Positions 1 to 15,811 of a stretch of 64,000 bases of DNA are shown here, one piece after another (position 1 is the stretch's first letter; every line of letters begins with the position of its first letter). The notes beneath the pieces are model-generated. The model was not told where the DNA came from. It saw only the letters and a program-made list of their open reading frames with translations, and ran no database searches. Source of the DNA: the human T2T-CHM13v2.0 reference genome, Homo sapiens; the NCBI RefSeq assembly GCF_009914755.1, contig NC_060929.1; one strand, written 5' to 3'. The position numbers and the translations under genes are program-made.

Positions 1-454
1 AGACATGAGAAGACCTCCCAAGAGCATCATCAGGAAAATGGCTGAATCCTTGCATTCCTCAACAGCCCTTTCATGCACTGACCTTCAATTGTGAGATGAC
101 CTTTGATGATGATCATCCTCTTCACTGCCATCGTCTGCATCCACAGAAGCAGAAAGTCTTCATTAAGTTTCCACTGTCTGCAGTGCTGTTCTGACCACCA
201 ACCAAGTACCTTGTTCAGGGGCCCCAGCCTTTTTGTGTTTACCTCCTAAGTTAAAATCATTGGCTACAGCTGAAGCTGCTTTTTCACAGACATCAGCCTC
301 CATCTGGCTGGTGTATTTTGTTGCAGTTGTTGTTTTAACCTTTTCAATATCATGATTCATGCTTGTATGAGACACAGGCTACTTTGGATTCTCTGACCAG
401 AAAGAAAAATAAGATAAGTATTTGAATAGTATTTTCATGAATATAAATCACTTT

Positions 455-580
455 ATTCTTTACAACAACTCTTTAAAGGGACAGGCATATTTTTTTCAAT
501 TTATACATGATGAAACTGAATCCCAGATAAGGCATATGACTTACAGATTTATAATCTTAGCTAAGTGGTAGGGTCCATGT
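455..580 (-). mobile_element. MIR SINE fragment
   Basis: tttatacatgatgaaactgaatcccaga resembles the antisense MIR core (ttttacagatgaggaaactgaggc). Confidence 0.55.
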
Positions 581-719
581 TTGATAACTTAAAAATATCT
601 CAGAGAGCCTGAACATTTCTAGAAGCAGTCTCTAGTGGCTGGAAAAGAAAAAGAGAGTGCAGGGCATGGTGTTCTTTGTTCCTCCATGAGCTTTCAACTT
701 AAAAGATATTGTTGACACT

Positions 720-744
<25 letters not shown>
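720..744. repeat. (TG)n microsatellite
   Basis: Pure TG run seen directly. Confidence 0.95.
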
Positions 745-750
<6 letters not shown>

Positions 751-1244
751 ATGAGACAGAGATGGAGAATAAGAATGAGTCCACCGTGTATGCTGATTCA
801 AAAAGGAGACTGAACTCAGGGGAAATGAAAAAGCCACATACCCAGGACCAAAGAAAAGGCTGGTCACAGGACCCCTGCTTACAAAGCCCACGGGACCCTG
901 ACTGAATGGGAACATCAAGTACCCTGAGGAGCCCCGAGAATCAGAGCAGAATCTAGACTTGGAAGGGAAAGACTATTGGACTAGAAAGAAAGGAAACAAC
1001 CACACAGCCATTTCAAACTCCTGAATAGGCCCTGATTGTGGAAGGAGAGAGAGAACAAGGAGTGCCTGGAAACAGCTGCACAGCGCACCTGGCCTCTGGG
1101 AGACTGTGTGAGGCCATCTTACTTCAGCTCTGCAGAGCTGGGCCCCAATGCCTTAGGCCTGAGTGGAGATCTCTGCAGCTCTTCCCACTGCCTCTGCCTG
1201 ACCCCCACCCCCCTCCACAGACCCTCTCACCTGGCTAAGCTCTA

Positions 1245-1490
1245 GTCCTCATCCAGCCTTAACCTAAAGTCTACTACCTCAGAGAAACCTTCCCATTTTT
1301 TGCTCCCTGTACCTCCCTTTTTATGACACTCACCATATTTGTAATTTCTTCTCTGGCTTCCCCCCTAGAGTCTCAGATCCATTTGAGCAGGTCCTGTCTC
1401 TGAAGTCCAGGGCTCTGCCTCCAGCTCCTAGGAAAGTACCCGGCACAAAGAAGAGGCTCCATAACTATTTTTTAATTGCATTGAAATGAA
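1245..1490 (+). mobile_element. L2 LINE 3' fragment
   Basis: acctcagagaaaccttccc and ctcctaggaaagtacccggcacaaagaagaggctccataacta resemble the L2 3' end. Confidence 0.6.
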
Positions 1491-1744
1491 GATTTGGGAT
1501 TTGCTTGAATGGAGTCAGCAAATGCCATCATCAGAGGATGCTATTTCAGAAGAGAAAAATAGAAAGGAGGTGTGCTCCTAAGGGCTCCTGCCTTGGAGGT
1601 ATTACTAGTGCTACTGCCCCTCTGAAATTTCTATTTGCTTTGGTTAGCTTTGCACTGTTGTCATTATTCTGGGGATTAATATCAAGAATATGGACCAGAT
1701 TGTCTTCCCTTCAGAGGCTATTGGGGCATACCCCATGTTGCAGA

Positions 1745-2250
1745 AAGATCTCTTGCTCTGTAACAAACCACCCAAAAACTCACTAGTTAAAACAATAATG
1801 ATATATTCTTTCTCACAAGTCTGCATGTCCGGTTTTGAGTTAAGACTTGGTTGAGCAATTCTGTTCTGCAAGGCATTGGCTGGAGTCACTGACTCAGCTG
1901 CCCTCTGCTGCAGGTGGGCTGAGCTAGAGGACTTCACTCCCATGTCTGGTCCCTCCATGTGGACTCTTGCTTTCCATATAGTCACTCCTCCTACAGTGGT
2001 CTAACCTGTGCTTCTTTAAGAGCAGGGAGTCTGGCTTCCCAGAGGAAAGTAAAAGCTGCACAACTTCTTAAAGCTAGGTTTAGAACTGGCTAAGTGTCAT
2101 TTCTGCCAATTCTGTTGGTCAGAGTAACTCACAAGGCCAGCCCAGATTCAAGATGAAAGGAAATGGATTCCATCTCTTGATCGATGGAGCAGCACACACA
2201 TACAGAGAGAGAAGAAAGTGATGGCCGCCATATTTGGAGATTCCACCACA
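1745..2250 (-). mobile_element. MLT1 (MaLR) solo LTR, MLT1F-H-like
   Basis: tgtaacaaaccacccaaaact ... cacaaggccagcccagattcaag ... ccatctcttga ... ccaccaca are MLT1 antisense landmarks. Confidence 0.8.
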
Positions 2251-2944
2251 CATACTGTACTCTACATTGTCACGCAGTTCTAAGAAATTTCAAGTAAGTA
2301 TTCCCCTTTCCTCATCTCTAAATTTAAGGCCCAATCTCAGTAACTTCTTTTTGTTGGTCTATTTGCCTTTATGTGTCCTGAAAGAAAATCAGTGTGATGC
2401 TCAAAAGGCCAAAGTCAAAACAAAAACAAGAAGAGAAACTTGTGTCAGATACTAAAGTCCAAATTCTTGCCTCTAGCTTCAAGCTACTCTGGCATAGTAT
2501 AAAGACTCCCTGGACTATATGTAAATTGATTGGCATTAATAAGCTGCCTTTAGCTTCTTTAACAACAACAGCAACAGCAAAGCGTCCAAATCATGTTTGA
2601 ATTAGAGATTGTATTCTATATCCAGTTCATTTTGTTTTTCTAACCTGTTTGTGCAACTCAGTTAATGAAACTCTTCAGATAGACTTTTGAGAACCAGGTG
2701 ATATCCCCAGAGATGAAACACCATGGCCGCCCCCCAACAATGAGTGCCTAAACAGACAGAAGCAAAGCATGGTCCTGTGTGTCCCTGGATGCCACATCCC
2801 TGGGGTGCAGAGAACGATGCACCTAGTAAGTCATTTCCTGAGAACTACTTCAAATCATAGATTGGAATGGGCTGCATTATCCAGCAGCTCAGGCCACCTC
2901 TCTGACAATTCTACACAACTCAGAGAATCCTGGAAAGTTCTAAA

Positions 2945-3105
2945 ATCCTGAGTTCAAGTTTTTTGTCACTGCTCTTCACTAGTTGTGTGATCTAGGGGTA
3001 GTTTTGCCTCTGTCTCCCCATCTGTAAATGGAGAAAATAATGTGACCTCCTGTAGGACTGGGGCAAGAAGCAAATGGGAAAATAGATGTAAAAAGTAGTT
3101 TGTGA
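2945..3105 (+). mobile_element. MIR SINE
   Basis: cactagttgtgtgatctagg ... ctccccatctgtaaatggagaaaataat core. Confidence 0.75.
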
Positions 3106-3224
3106 ACAGCAAAACACTTCTATTCCTGGTATTTCTTTCTATTACATCTCTCAGCATATACACATTCAGCCACAGGAGTAGACAGATGTCCCAGCTGGAG
3201 CAATGTTATACAAGTTCTTGCTCT

Positions 3225-3480
3225 CCTGTGAACCAGTCACTGTGCTAAACTCTGTACATATTAATGCATTTGTTAATATGTTAACTCTGTACATATTAAC
3301 TCATCTGCTCCTCATAATAATACCAGAATGTCCTATTATTATTCCTATTTAACAGATGGAGAAACTGAAGCATAGAGAATTTAAGTAGCCAGTCCATTGT
3401 ATTCCAGGTAGAAAATAATATTGCCTGGATTCTAATCTAAGTAGTCTCGCTTCAGAGTTTCTGCTCATAACCACTAAGTT
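3225..3480 (-). mobile_element. MIR SINE with a 17-bp internal direct repeat (aactctgtacatattaa at 3248 and 3283)
   Basis: cactgtgctaa ... tttaacagatggagaaactgaagcatagaga antisense MIR core. Confidence 0.75.
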
Positions 3481-5084
3481 ATACCATTTCATCATTGTAA
3501 ACACCATAATTGGTCCAAGAATAGGACCATAGGACAATAATAATTAGAACTGTTTTGACATTGACATGTGGACAGAGAGAAGGCAGTTCTCTCCCTGTTG
3601 GAAACAGGTCAGCCTGGAGCTTGTGGCAACCATTTTCAATAACCACATCCAAAAAATCTGTCTACAGAATGAAGACGCCAAATGGTGTATTGGTAGAGGA
3701 GGTTCCTTATTATAACAAATAATGCAAATAAATTTCCTTTCGGCTCTCTCAGCAGTTCACCACCAGGAATCCTGATTGAGCAGCTTCCCTCCATGGAGCA
3801 ACTTTATGACTTATTTTGCATCTTTTTGATATTGAAAAGGTTGGATGGCTTTCTGTTGGGGCATACCACCTGGCATCCCTAGACTTCATTCAGATGTACA
3901 GTTGAATCAAAGACAAAGACAGTGAATGGAGAATCTAAAATGAGGACTCAGAGTTCTCCATTGTCCTATTATTGCACAAAGGATGTCTAAAGAAATGCCT
4001 AACGTCAAGGAGCAGGGAGTTAACAGCTGGGCACTCCCTTTCTTTATAGCTCTTCTCCAGCTCTCCCCTTGCTGCCACATGCAGGCCACCATCTTCTAGC
4101 CATGGATTGATTGCTAAGGGAGTCAGGTGGTGGGGTAGGTATTTCTAAATTAAAAGCCTAGGGAGATTATTCTAGCTCTCTGGAAATAAAGGCACAAAAA
4201 TTATTTTACTACTTCCATTTCATTTTAACAAACTGTGCTCATTCACCTCCTGCTCTGTAAGGTGATAAGATAGATATTATAAATAGACAACTAAATGTGA
4301 TCAATCTACAGTAAAAGTCTAGGTAAACCGCTTGAGAAACTAAGAGGCAAATGAGATTGATGAGACCCTCAGAAAGATGTTGCCACAAATAAGCCCTTTC
4401 ATGGGTTTATGAAGGAAATCTATGGATTAAAAAAGCCTCTGGGATAAGCTCCTCAATGTCTCACCATTCTGCTGCTGAACAGCAAAAGGTTTGTTCCTCC
4501 TTCAGATGCAACAGTAGCAGAGCTTAACTCAGATAATACAAAGAATCTAATATTATCTCAGACACATCATTAATATCAAAGTGTTTCCTGAGGAAAAGCA
4601 CAAATCAGAGTCAGCATCCACTGGCTTTTGGGCTTTCCCAAATGTCAAACACTTCAGGGACAATTTCCTTCTTTTTTCTCCTGTTTTACATCCCTGAAAT
4701 GGACCAAGGGCACTTTTTTTTTCACCTGTGATTCAGTACTGATTCATTTTTTTCTCTATTTCATGCTATTACCTTTGCTATTCTCTTTGGCTGAAGTTGT
4801 CTACCTTATCCTATAATTTTCTGAAGTTTAGACTTTCCCTACCAGATGACTTATTCAATAGAAAATGGCAATTATACGCGGTTCATTTTATTAATTGTAA
4901 TCAAAGTATGGGATCAAGTTTGAAATATTGGCTGTATGAATGAAACTTCAGGGTCTCTGAAAATGTGACTCACTGTAGCTGACAATTGTTTAGCCAGGGT
5001 GCAGGGTCCATAACCTTCCCTCCTTCATTCCTTTAACCTTCTGCATATAAACAGATGCCATTAGAATGTTGTGTTGGTTGATGG

Positions 5085-5205
5085 CATAACTACTCACCAC
5101 ACTGGGACACTTTTGAGAGAGAAAGAAAGCACTAAAATAATTAATAAGCATTAATTGAGCTCCAGCAGGTGTAAACTGGTACTGTCCTGGACAAATCAAG
5201 GTGTA
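5085..5205 (-). mobile_element. MER94/MER81-like hAT-Blackjack DNA transposon
   Basis: Reverse complement reads gatttgtccaggacagtaccagtttacacctg ... ctctcaaaagtgtcccagt. Confidence 0.65.
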
Positions 5206-5309
5206 AAGCTATTTAATTATTGCATATCCTGAAGCATTCTTGTAATGGCCGTCATCTGGCCCAGTGAGCCAAGGCTGTGTCTGACCTGCTGAACCAGGTC
5301 AAACAAACT

Positions 5310-5690
5310 GTAGGACTGTACAGAGTATATTTTCATTTTTATGCACAGATAAGGCTTTCCAAGCAAAGGAAACTAAAACCCGGTTTAGAGGACAAACCTT
5401 AGAAGTTAAAGGGTGTTAGATCTGAAGCCATCTGTTCCCATTAACAGGACAAATAAAATTTATATCTTCAGGAGCCAAATATTTACATTCCAGGGTAGGA
5501 ACTTTCCCCTTTCTCTTCCTGTAAGAATTTATTTACATTCAAAAGACTATAAATGACTAGGGAGCACAGATTTTTCTCTTTCTCTAAGAAAGAGGGAGGG
5601 AAAAACAGCCATCATGCTCCTACAGAAACGGACAGATTCATAATTTGGGGGTTCCTCTTCTGTGGTGCAAAAAGCCTCTTTTGTACATGC
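5310..5690. mobile_element. Possible degenerate ERV LTR fragment
   Basis: Repeated tatttacattc motifs and ataatttgggggttcctcttctg look LTR-like; family not determined. Confidence 0.3.
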
Positions 5691-7455
5691 ATGGGGATTT
5701 TGATGGGGATTATATTGAATCTGTAAGTCAATTTGGGAAGTATTGTCATCTTAACTATATTAAGTATCGCAATCCATGAACATGAGATGTCTTTCTAATT
5801 ATTTAGGTCTTTAATTTATTTCAGCAATGTTTTCTAGTTTTCAGTGTACGTAAGTCTTGCTCTTCCTTGGTTAAATTTATTTCTAAGTATTTTATTATTT
5901 TTGATATTATTGCAACTGGAGTTGTTTTCATAATTTCCTTCTTGAGTTGTACATTATTGGCTGTACAAAAATACACCCATTTTTGTACATCAATTTTAAA
6001 TCCTGAAAACTTGCTGAATGAACTCAGTTATTGGCTCAGGTTTTTGGTGAATTCTTTAGAGCTTTTTTTAAATCTGTAAGACCATGTCATCTTCAAATAA
6101 AGATTGGTTTTATTTCTCTTAAATTGATTTTATTCCTTCTCTTCCAACCTGAATGCATCTTGTTTCTTTTCTTACCTAATCAGACTGGCTAGAATCTTTA
6201 GTATAATGCTGAACAGAAGTGGTGAGAGCAAATTGTGTTGGCTAGAACCTCTAGCATGATGCTAAACAGAAGTGGTAAGAGCAAACATCCTCCTCTTCTT
6301 CCTGATCATAGGGGAAAGCTTTAAGTCTTTCACTTTTAAGTGTATTAGCTGTGGGTTTTTCATAGGTGCCCTTCATCAAATTGAGCAAATTCTCTTCTTT
6401 CCCAGTTTGCTGAGTAATTTTTTTAAAATCATAAAATGGTGTTAAATTTTGTTGGAGTATTTTTTGGTATCTATTGAGATTATCATGGTTTTCTTTCAAT
6501 TTTTTTCTATTAATATAGTGTATTACATTGATTGATTTTCATATGGTGAGCCAACCTTGTTTTCCTGGGATAAATTTCACTTGGTTGTGGTATATGATTC
6601 TTTTTATATATTGCTAGATTCAGCTTGCTAGTATGTTGTAGAGGATTTTTGCATCTCTATTAATTGGTAATATTGGCAGGTAGTCTCCTTTTTTGTGATG
6701 TCCTTATCTGATTTTGAAATCATGGTAATCTGACCTCATCAAATTAATTGGGAATAATTCCCTCCTCTTCCATTTTTTGGGAAAAGCTTGGGAAGGATTG
6801 GTGTTAATTCTTGTTTAAATATGTGGTGGAATTCACCAGTAAAGCCATCTGGTCCTGAACTTTAATTCGTGAGTTAAAAAAAATGAATAACACAATCTCT
6901 TTACTTGTTATAGGCCTATTTAGATTTTCTGTGTCTTCTTGAGTCAATGTTGGTAGTTTGTGTCTTTATAGGAATTTGTTCATTTTACCTAGGTTATCTA
7001 ATTTGTTGGCATACACTTGTTATTAGTATTCTCTTATAATCCTTTGTATTTCAGTAATGTCCCCTAGTTTTGGTTTTTTACAGTAATAGTTTACATTATT
7101 GACTCAAGATTTTTCTTCTTTTAAATGTAGATATTTACAAGTATAAATTTCCTTCTGAGCATTATTTTTTTTGCTGATTCCATAAATTTGGGTGTTTTGT
7201 GTTTTTATTTGCATTCATCTCAAATAATTTTTGAATTGCTCTTTTGATTTCTTCTTTGACCAACTGGTAATGTAAAACTGCTCTTAATTTCCACACATGT
7301 ATAAGTTTCCCAGAATATTTTATTTTATTGATTTCTAATTTCATTCTATTGTCATTGGAAAACAGACTTGGTATGATTTCAATTCTTTTTAAATTATTGA
7401 GATGATTTTATGTTGTAAAAGATGTTCTATTCTGGATAATTTTCCATGTGCACTT
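5690..7455 (-). mobile_element. Old L1M LINE, ORF2 region (left part of the host element)
   Basis: Minus-strand ORFs give L1 ORF2 remnants (LNLMKGTYEKPTAN..RLKAFP; KLEIN..WKL); continuous with 13794+ once the inserts are removed. Confidence 0.85.
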
Positions 7456-7478
7456 AAGAATAATGTGCCTTAGGTTGG

Positions 7479-8376
7479 ACCCATCTGACAAAGGGCTAAT
7501 ATCCAGAATCTACAAAGAACTTAAACAAATTTATAAGAAAAATTCAAACAATCCCATCAAAAAATGGGCAAAGGATATGAACAGACACTTCTCAAAAGAA
7601 GACATTTATGCAGCCAACAGACACATCTCATCATCACTGGCCATCAGAGAAATGCAAATGAAAACCACAATGAGATACCACCTCAAACCAGTTAGAATGG
7701 CAATCATTAAAAAGTCAGGAAACAACAGGTGCTGGAGAGGATGTGGAGAAATAGGAATGCTTTTACACTGTTGGTGGGAGTGTAAACTAGTTCAACCATT
7801 GTGGAAGACAGTGTGGCGATTCCTCAAGGATCTAGAACTAGAAATACCATTTGACCCAGCCATCCCATTACTGGACATATACCCTAAGGATTATAAATCA
7901 TGCTGCTATAAAGACACATGCACACGTATGTTTATTGTGGCACTATTCACAGTAGCAAAAACTTGGAACCAACCCAAATGTCCATCAGTGATAGACTGGA
8001 TTAAGAAAATGTGGCACATATACACCATGGAATACTATGCAGCCATAAAAAAGGATGAGTTCATGTCCTTTAGAGGAACATGGATGAAGCTGGAACCCTT
8101 CATTCTGAGCAAACTATCACAAGGACCGAAAACCAAACACTGCATGTTCTCACTCACATTTGGGAATTGAACAATGAGAACACATGGACACAGGGTGGGG
8201 AACATCACACACCGGGGCCTGCGGGGGGGTGGGGGGAGGGGGGAGGGATAGCATTAGGAGATATACCTAATGTAAATGATGAGTTAATGGGTGCAGCACA
8301 CCAATATGGCACATGTATACATATGTAACAAACCTGCATGTTGTGCACGTGTACCCTAGAACTTAAAGTAAAATAA

Positions 8377-8411
<35 letters not shown>

Positions 8412-8449
8412 ATAGAAAGAAAGAAATCTGACAGAATCCAAAAAAAAAA
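7479..8449 (+). mobile_element. 5'-truncated L1PA (L1PA4-6-like): ORF2 C-terminus, 3'UTR and (TAAA)n tail
   Basis: ORF 7448-8170 is the ORF2p C-terminus ([15 protein letters not shown]); G-rich 3'UTR; younger diagnostics ggccatcagag, tcatgctgcta, ctaatgtaaatga. Confidence 0.93.
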
Positions 8450-9054
8450 AAGAATAATGTGTAGGTTGGAGGATTCAAGATGGCCAAATAGGAACAGCTC
8501 TGGTCTGCAGCTCCCAGCAAGATCGATGCAGAAGAGAGGTGATTTCTGCATTTCCAACTGAGGTACCTGGTTCATCTCACTGGGACTTGTTGGGCAGTGG
8601 GTGCAGCCCATGGAGGGTGAGCTGAAGCAGGGTGAGGCATCACCTCATCTGGGAAGCACAAGGGGTCAGGGAATTTTCTCCCCTACCCAAGGGAAGCCAT
8701 GAGGTTCTGAGCCTGAGGAACTCCAGCATAGATACTGCACTTATGCCACGGTCTTCACAACCTGCAAACCAGGAGATTCCCTCCAGTGTCTACCCCACCA
8801 GGGCTCTGGGTTTCAAGCACAAAACTGGGTGGCCAATTGGGCAGGCACTGAACTAGCTGCAGGAGCTCATTTTTTTCCCCATACCCCAGTGGTGCCTGGA
8901 ATGCCAGCAAGACAAAACTGTTCACTCCCCTGGACAGGGGTGCTGAAGCCAGGGAGCCAAGTGGTCTGGCTTGGCGGGTCCCACTCCCATGGAGCCCAGG
9001 AAACTAAGATCCACTGGCTTGAAATTCTCACTGCCAGCACAGCAGTGATCTGAG

Positions 9055-9689
9055 AGTGGAAGAAAGGATATCGGTGACTGAAGATCAAATTAATGAAATA
9101 AAGTGAGAAGACAAGATTAGAGAAAAAAGGGTGAAAAGAAACAAACAAAGCCTCCAAGAAATATGGGACTATGTGAAAAGACCAAATCTACATTTGATTG
9201 GTGTTCCTGAAAGTGATGGGGAGAATGGAGACAAATTAGAAAACACTCTTCAGGATATTATCCAGGAGAAATACAGAGAACACCACAAAGATACTCCTTG
9301 AGAAGAGCAACCCAAGACACATAATCATCAGATTCACCAAGGTTGAAATGAAGAAAAAAATGTTAAGGGCAGCCAGAGAGAAAGGTCGAGTTTCCCCACA
9401 AGGGAAGCCCATCAGACTAACAGTGGATCTCTCTGCAGAAACCCTACAAGCCAGAAGAGAGTGGGGGCCAATATTCAACATTCTTAAAGAAAAGAATTTT
9501 CAACCCAGAATTTCATATCCAGCCAAACTAAGCTTCATAAACAAAGGAGAAATAAAATTCTTTACAGATAAGCAAATGTTGAGTGATTTTGTCACCACCA
9601 GACCTGCCTTACAAGAGCTCCTGAAGGAAGCACTAAACATGGAAAGGAACAACAGGTACCAGCCACTGCAAAAACATACCAAATTTTAA
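9055..9689 (+). pseudogene. L1 ORF1p remnant (N-terminus deleted, frameshifted)
   Basis: KKMLRAAREKGRV..IRLTVDLSAETLQARREWG..ERNNRYQPLQKH matches the ORF1p C-terminal region. Confidence 0.9.
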
Positions 9690-9751
9690 ATAACATTGAC
9701 ACTATGAAGAAACTGCATTAACTAGTGGCAAAACAACCAGCTAGCATCATA

Positions 9752-13563
<3,812 letters not shown>

Positions 13564-14495
13564 ACAGTGAGAACACACGGACACAGGGAGGGGGAACATC
13601 ACACACCAGAGCCTGTGGCGTGGTCAGGGCCTATGGGAGGGATAACATTAGGAAAAATATCTAATGTAGGTGACTGGCTGCTGGGTGCAGCAAACCACCA
13701 AGGCACATGTATACCTATGTAACAAAACTGCATGTTCTGCACATGTAACCCAGAACCTTAAAGTATAATAATAATAAAAAAGAATAATGTGTATTATGCC
13801 ATTGCTGGGTAGAGTGTTCTACAGATGTCAGGTCTAGTTGCTTTATAGTGTTGTTCAAATCTTCTAATTTTTGTTGATCTTTCTACTTTGGATAAACCAT
13901 TATTGAAAGTAGGGTACTGTCAGCTCTGGGCAATAAGTTTCTGCAAAATAAATAAATAAAAAAATAGGGTTCTGAAGTCTTCAACTGTTATGGTTGAACT
14001 GTCTATTTCTTTTCTCAAGTGTGTCAGTTTTTGCTTCATGTATTTTGGGGCTCTGTTGCTAGGTGCATATATATTTGTAATTGTTATATTTTCTTAATAG
14101 ATTGACCTCTCTTTGTCTCTAGTAACAATTTTTATTTTAAAGTCAATTTTGTCTGATATTGGTAAAGCCACTTGTCTCTTTTGGTTACTGTTTGTATCAT
14201 TTATCTTTTGTCATCTTTTTACTTTTAACATATTTGTGTCTTTGAATCCAAAATAAGTGTCTTTTGGGCAGCATAAAATATGTATTTTTCTTAAAATTCA
14301 TTTATTTCTGACTTTTAATTGAAGAGTTTAACCCATTTACATTTAATGTAGCTACTGATAAAGTAGGATTTATGCCTGCCATTTTGCTATTTGTTTTCTA
14401 TATGCCTTAATCTTTGTTCCTCTCTTCATTACTGCTTTCTTTTGTGTTAAATAGATGTTTTCTTGTGGTGTACAATTTTAATTCAATTATGATTT

Positions 14496-14787
14496 CCTTT
14501 TTCTTTTCTTTTTTTTCTTTTCTTTTTCCTGAGACAGGGTCTTGCTCTGTCACTCAAGCTGGAGTGCAGTGGCACAATCACAGCTTACTGCAGCCTCGAA
14601 CTCCTGATCTCAATTGATCCTCCCACCTCAGTCTCCTGAGTAGCTGGGAATACAGGTGTATGCCATCACAGCCGGCTAATTTTTTGTATTTTTTGTAGAG
14701 ACAGGGTTTCACCATGTCGCCCATGCTGGTCTCAAACTCCGGGCCTCAAGTGATCTGCCCGCCTTGGCCTCCTAAAGTGCTGGAATT
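14496..14787 (-). mobile_element. AluJ, about 25 bp 5'-truncated
   Basis: gagacagggtcttgc, cacagcttactgcagcctcgaactcctg and gatcctcccacctcag are AluJ features. Confidence 0.9.
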
Positions 14788-15298
14788 GTTATTTCTTTTA
14801 CTATATATATTTTAGTTGTTTTCTTAGTGGTTGCCTATGAATTAACATTAATATCTTAATTTATAACAACCTTGTCCAAACACTCAGTTTCAATAGTATA
14901 CAAGAAATTTGCTTCTATCTCTATGTCCCCCTCCTCCTTTATGCTGTTATTGTTACAGATTACATTTTCATACATTGTGTGCCCATCAACATAAATTTAT
15001 AATTATTGCATTATGTAGTTGTCTTTTAAATCAGATGGAGGAAAATGAGTTACATGCAAAATATACATTTATACTATCTTTTACATTTACCTCTGTAGTT
15101 ACCTTTATTGGTGCTCTTCATTATCTCAGGTAGATTTGAGTTATGTGAAGTGTCTTTTTATTTTGAATGACTATTTTTAGATTTCTTGTAGAGCAGGTCT
15201 GCTATAAACTACCTCTCTCAGTTTTTATCTGAGAATATCTTAGCTTTTTTTTATTTTTGAAGGATAGTTTGCAGAAGATAAAATTCTTGGTTGACAGT

Positions 15299-15365
15299 TC
15301 CTTCCTCCCTTCCTTCCTTCCTTTCTTCCTTCCTTCCTTCCTTCATCCCTTTCTTTCTTTCTTTC
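15299..15365. repeat. (TTCC)n/(TTTC)n microsatellite
   Basis: Seen directly. Confidence 0.9.
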
Positions 15366-15455
15366 AGAACTTTTTAGTATCATCGTCTTGCCTTCTGTCC
15401 TCCCTGGTCTTTTGTAAGAAAGTCACTGCTAATCTTATCAAAGATTCCTGCACAA

Positions 15456-15811
15456 TGTCTTAGCTCAAGCCACTGTAACAAAATACCATTGAGTAAGTGG
15501 CTTAAGCAGAACACATCTATTTCTCACAGTTCTGGAAGCTGAGAAGTCTGAGATCAGAGTGCCAGCATGACCAGAGTTTGGTGAGGGCTTTTTTTTTTTT
15601 TTTTTTTTTTGCTTGCAGGTGGCCAGCTTCCTGCTGTATTCTCATATGGTGGATAGCGGAAGCTCCAGTGTCTCTTCCTCTTCTCATAACAGCACTAATT
15701 CTATCATGGGGTCTCCACTCTCATGACCTCATCTAAACTGTACTATCTCCCAATGGCCCCATCTTCTAATATTCTCACACTGGGGGTGAGGCACACATTC
15801 AAACTATAACA
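15456..15811 (-). mobile_element. MLT1A-like MaLR solo LTR inserted in L1M
   Basis: tgtcttagctc ... tttctcacagttctggaagctgagaagtc ... acattcaaactataaca. Confidence 0.85.

Noticed and set aside
7448-8170. 240-aa ORF as a possible host or domesticated gene
   Set aside because: It is the ORF2p C-terminus of a fairly young truncated L1 with a GTG start in flanking DNA; an open frame is expected at this age.
8218-8250. G-quadruplex-like G tract
   Set aside because: Standard L1 3'UTR G-rich tract.
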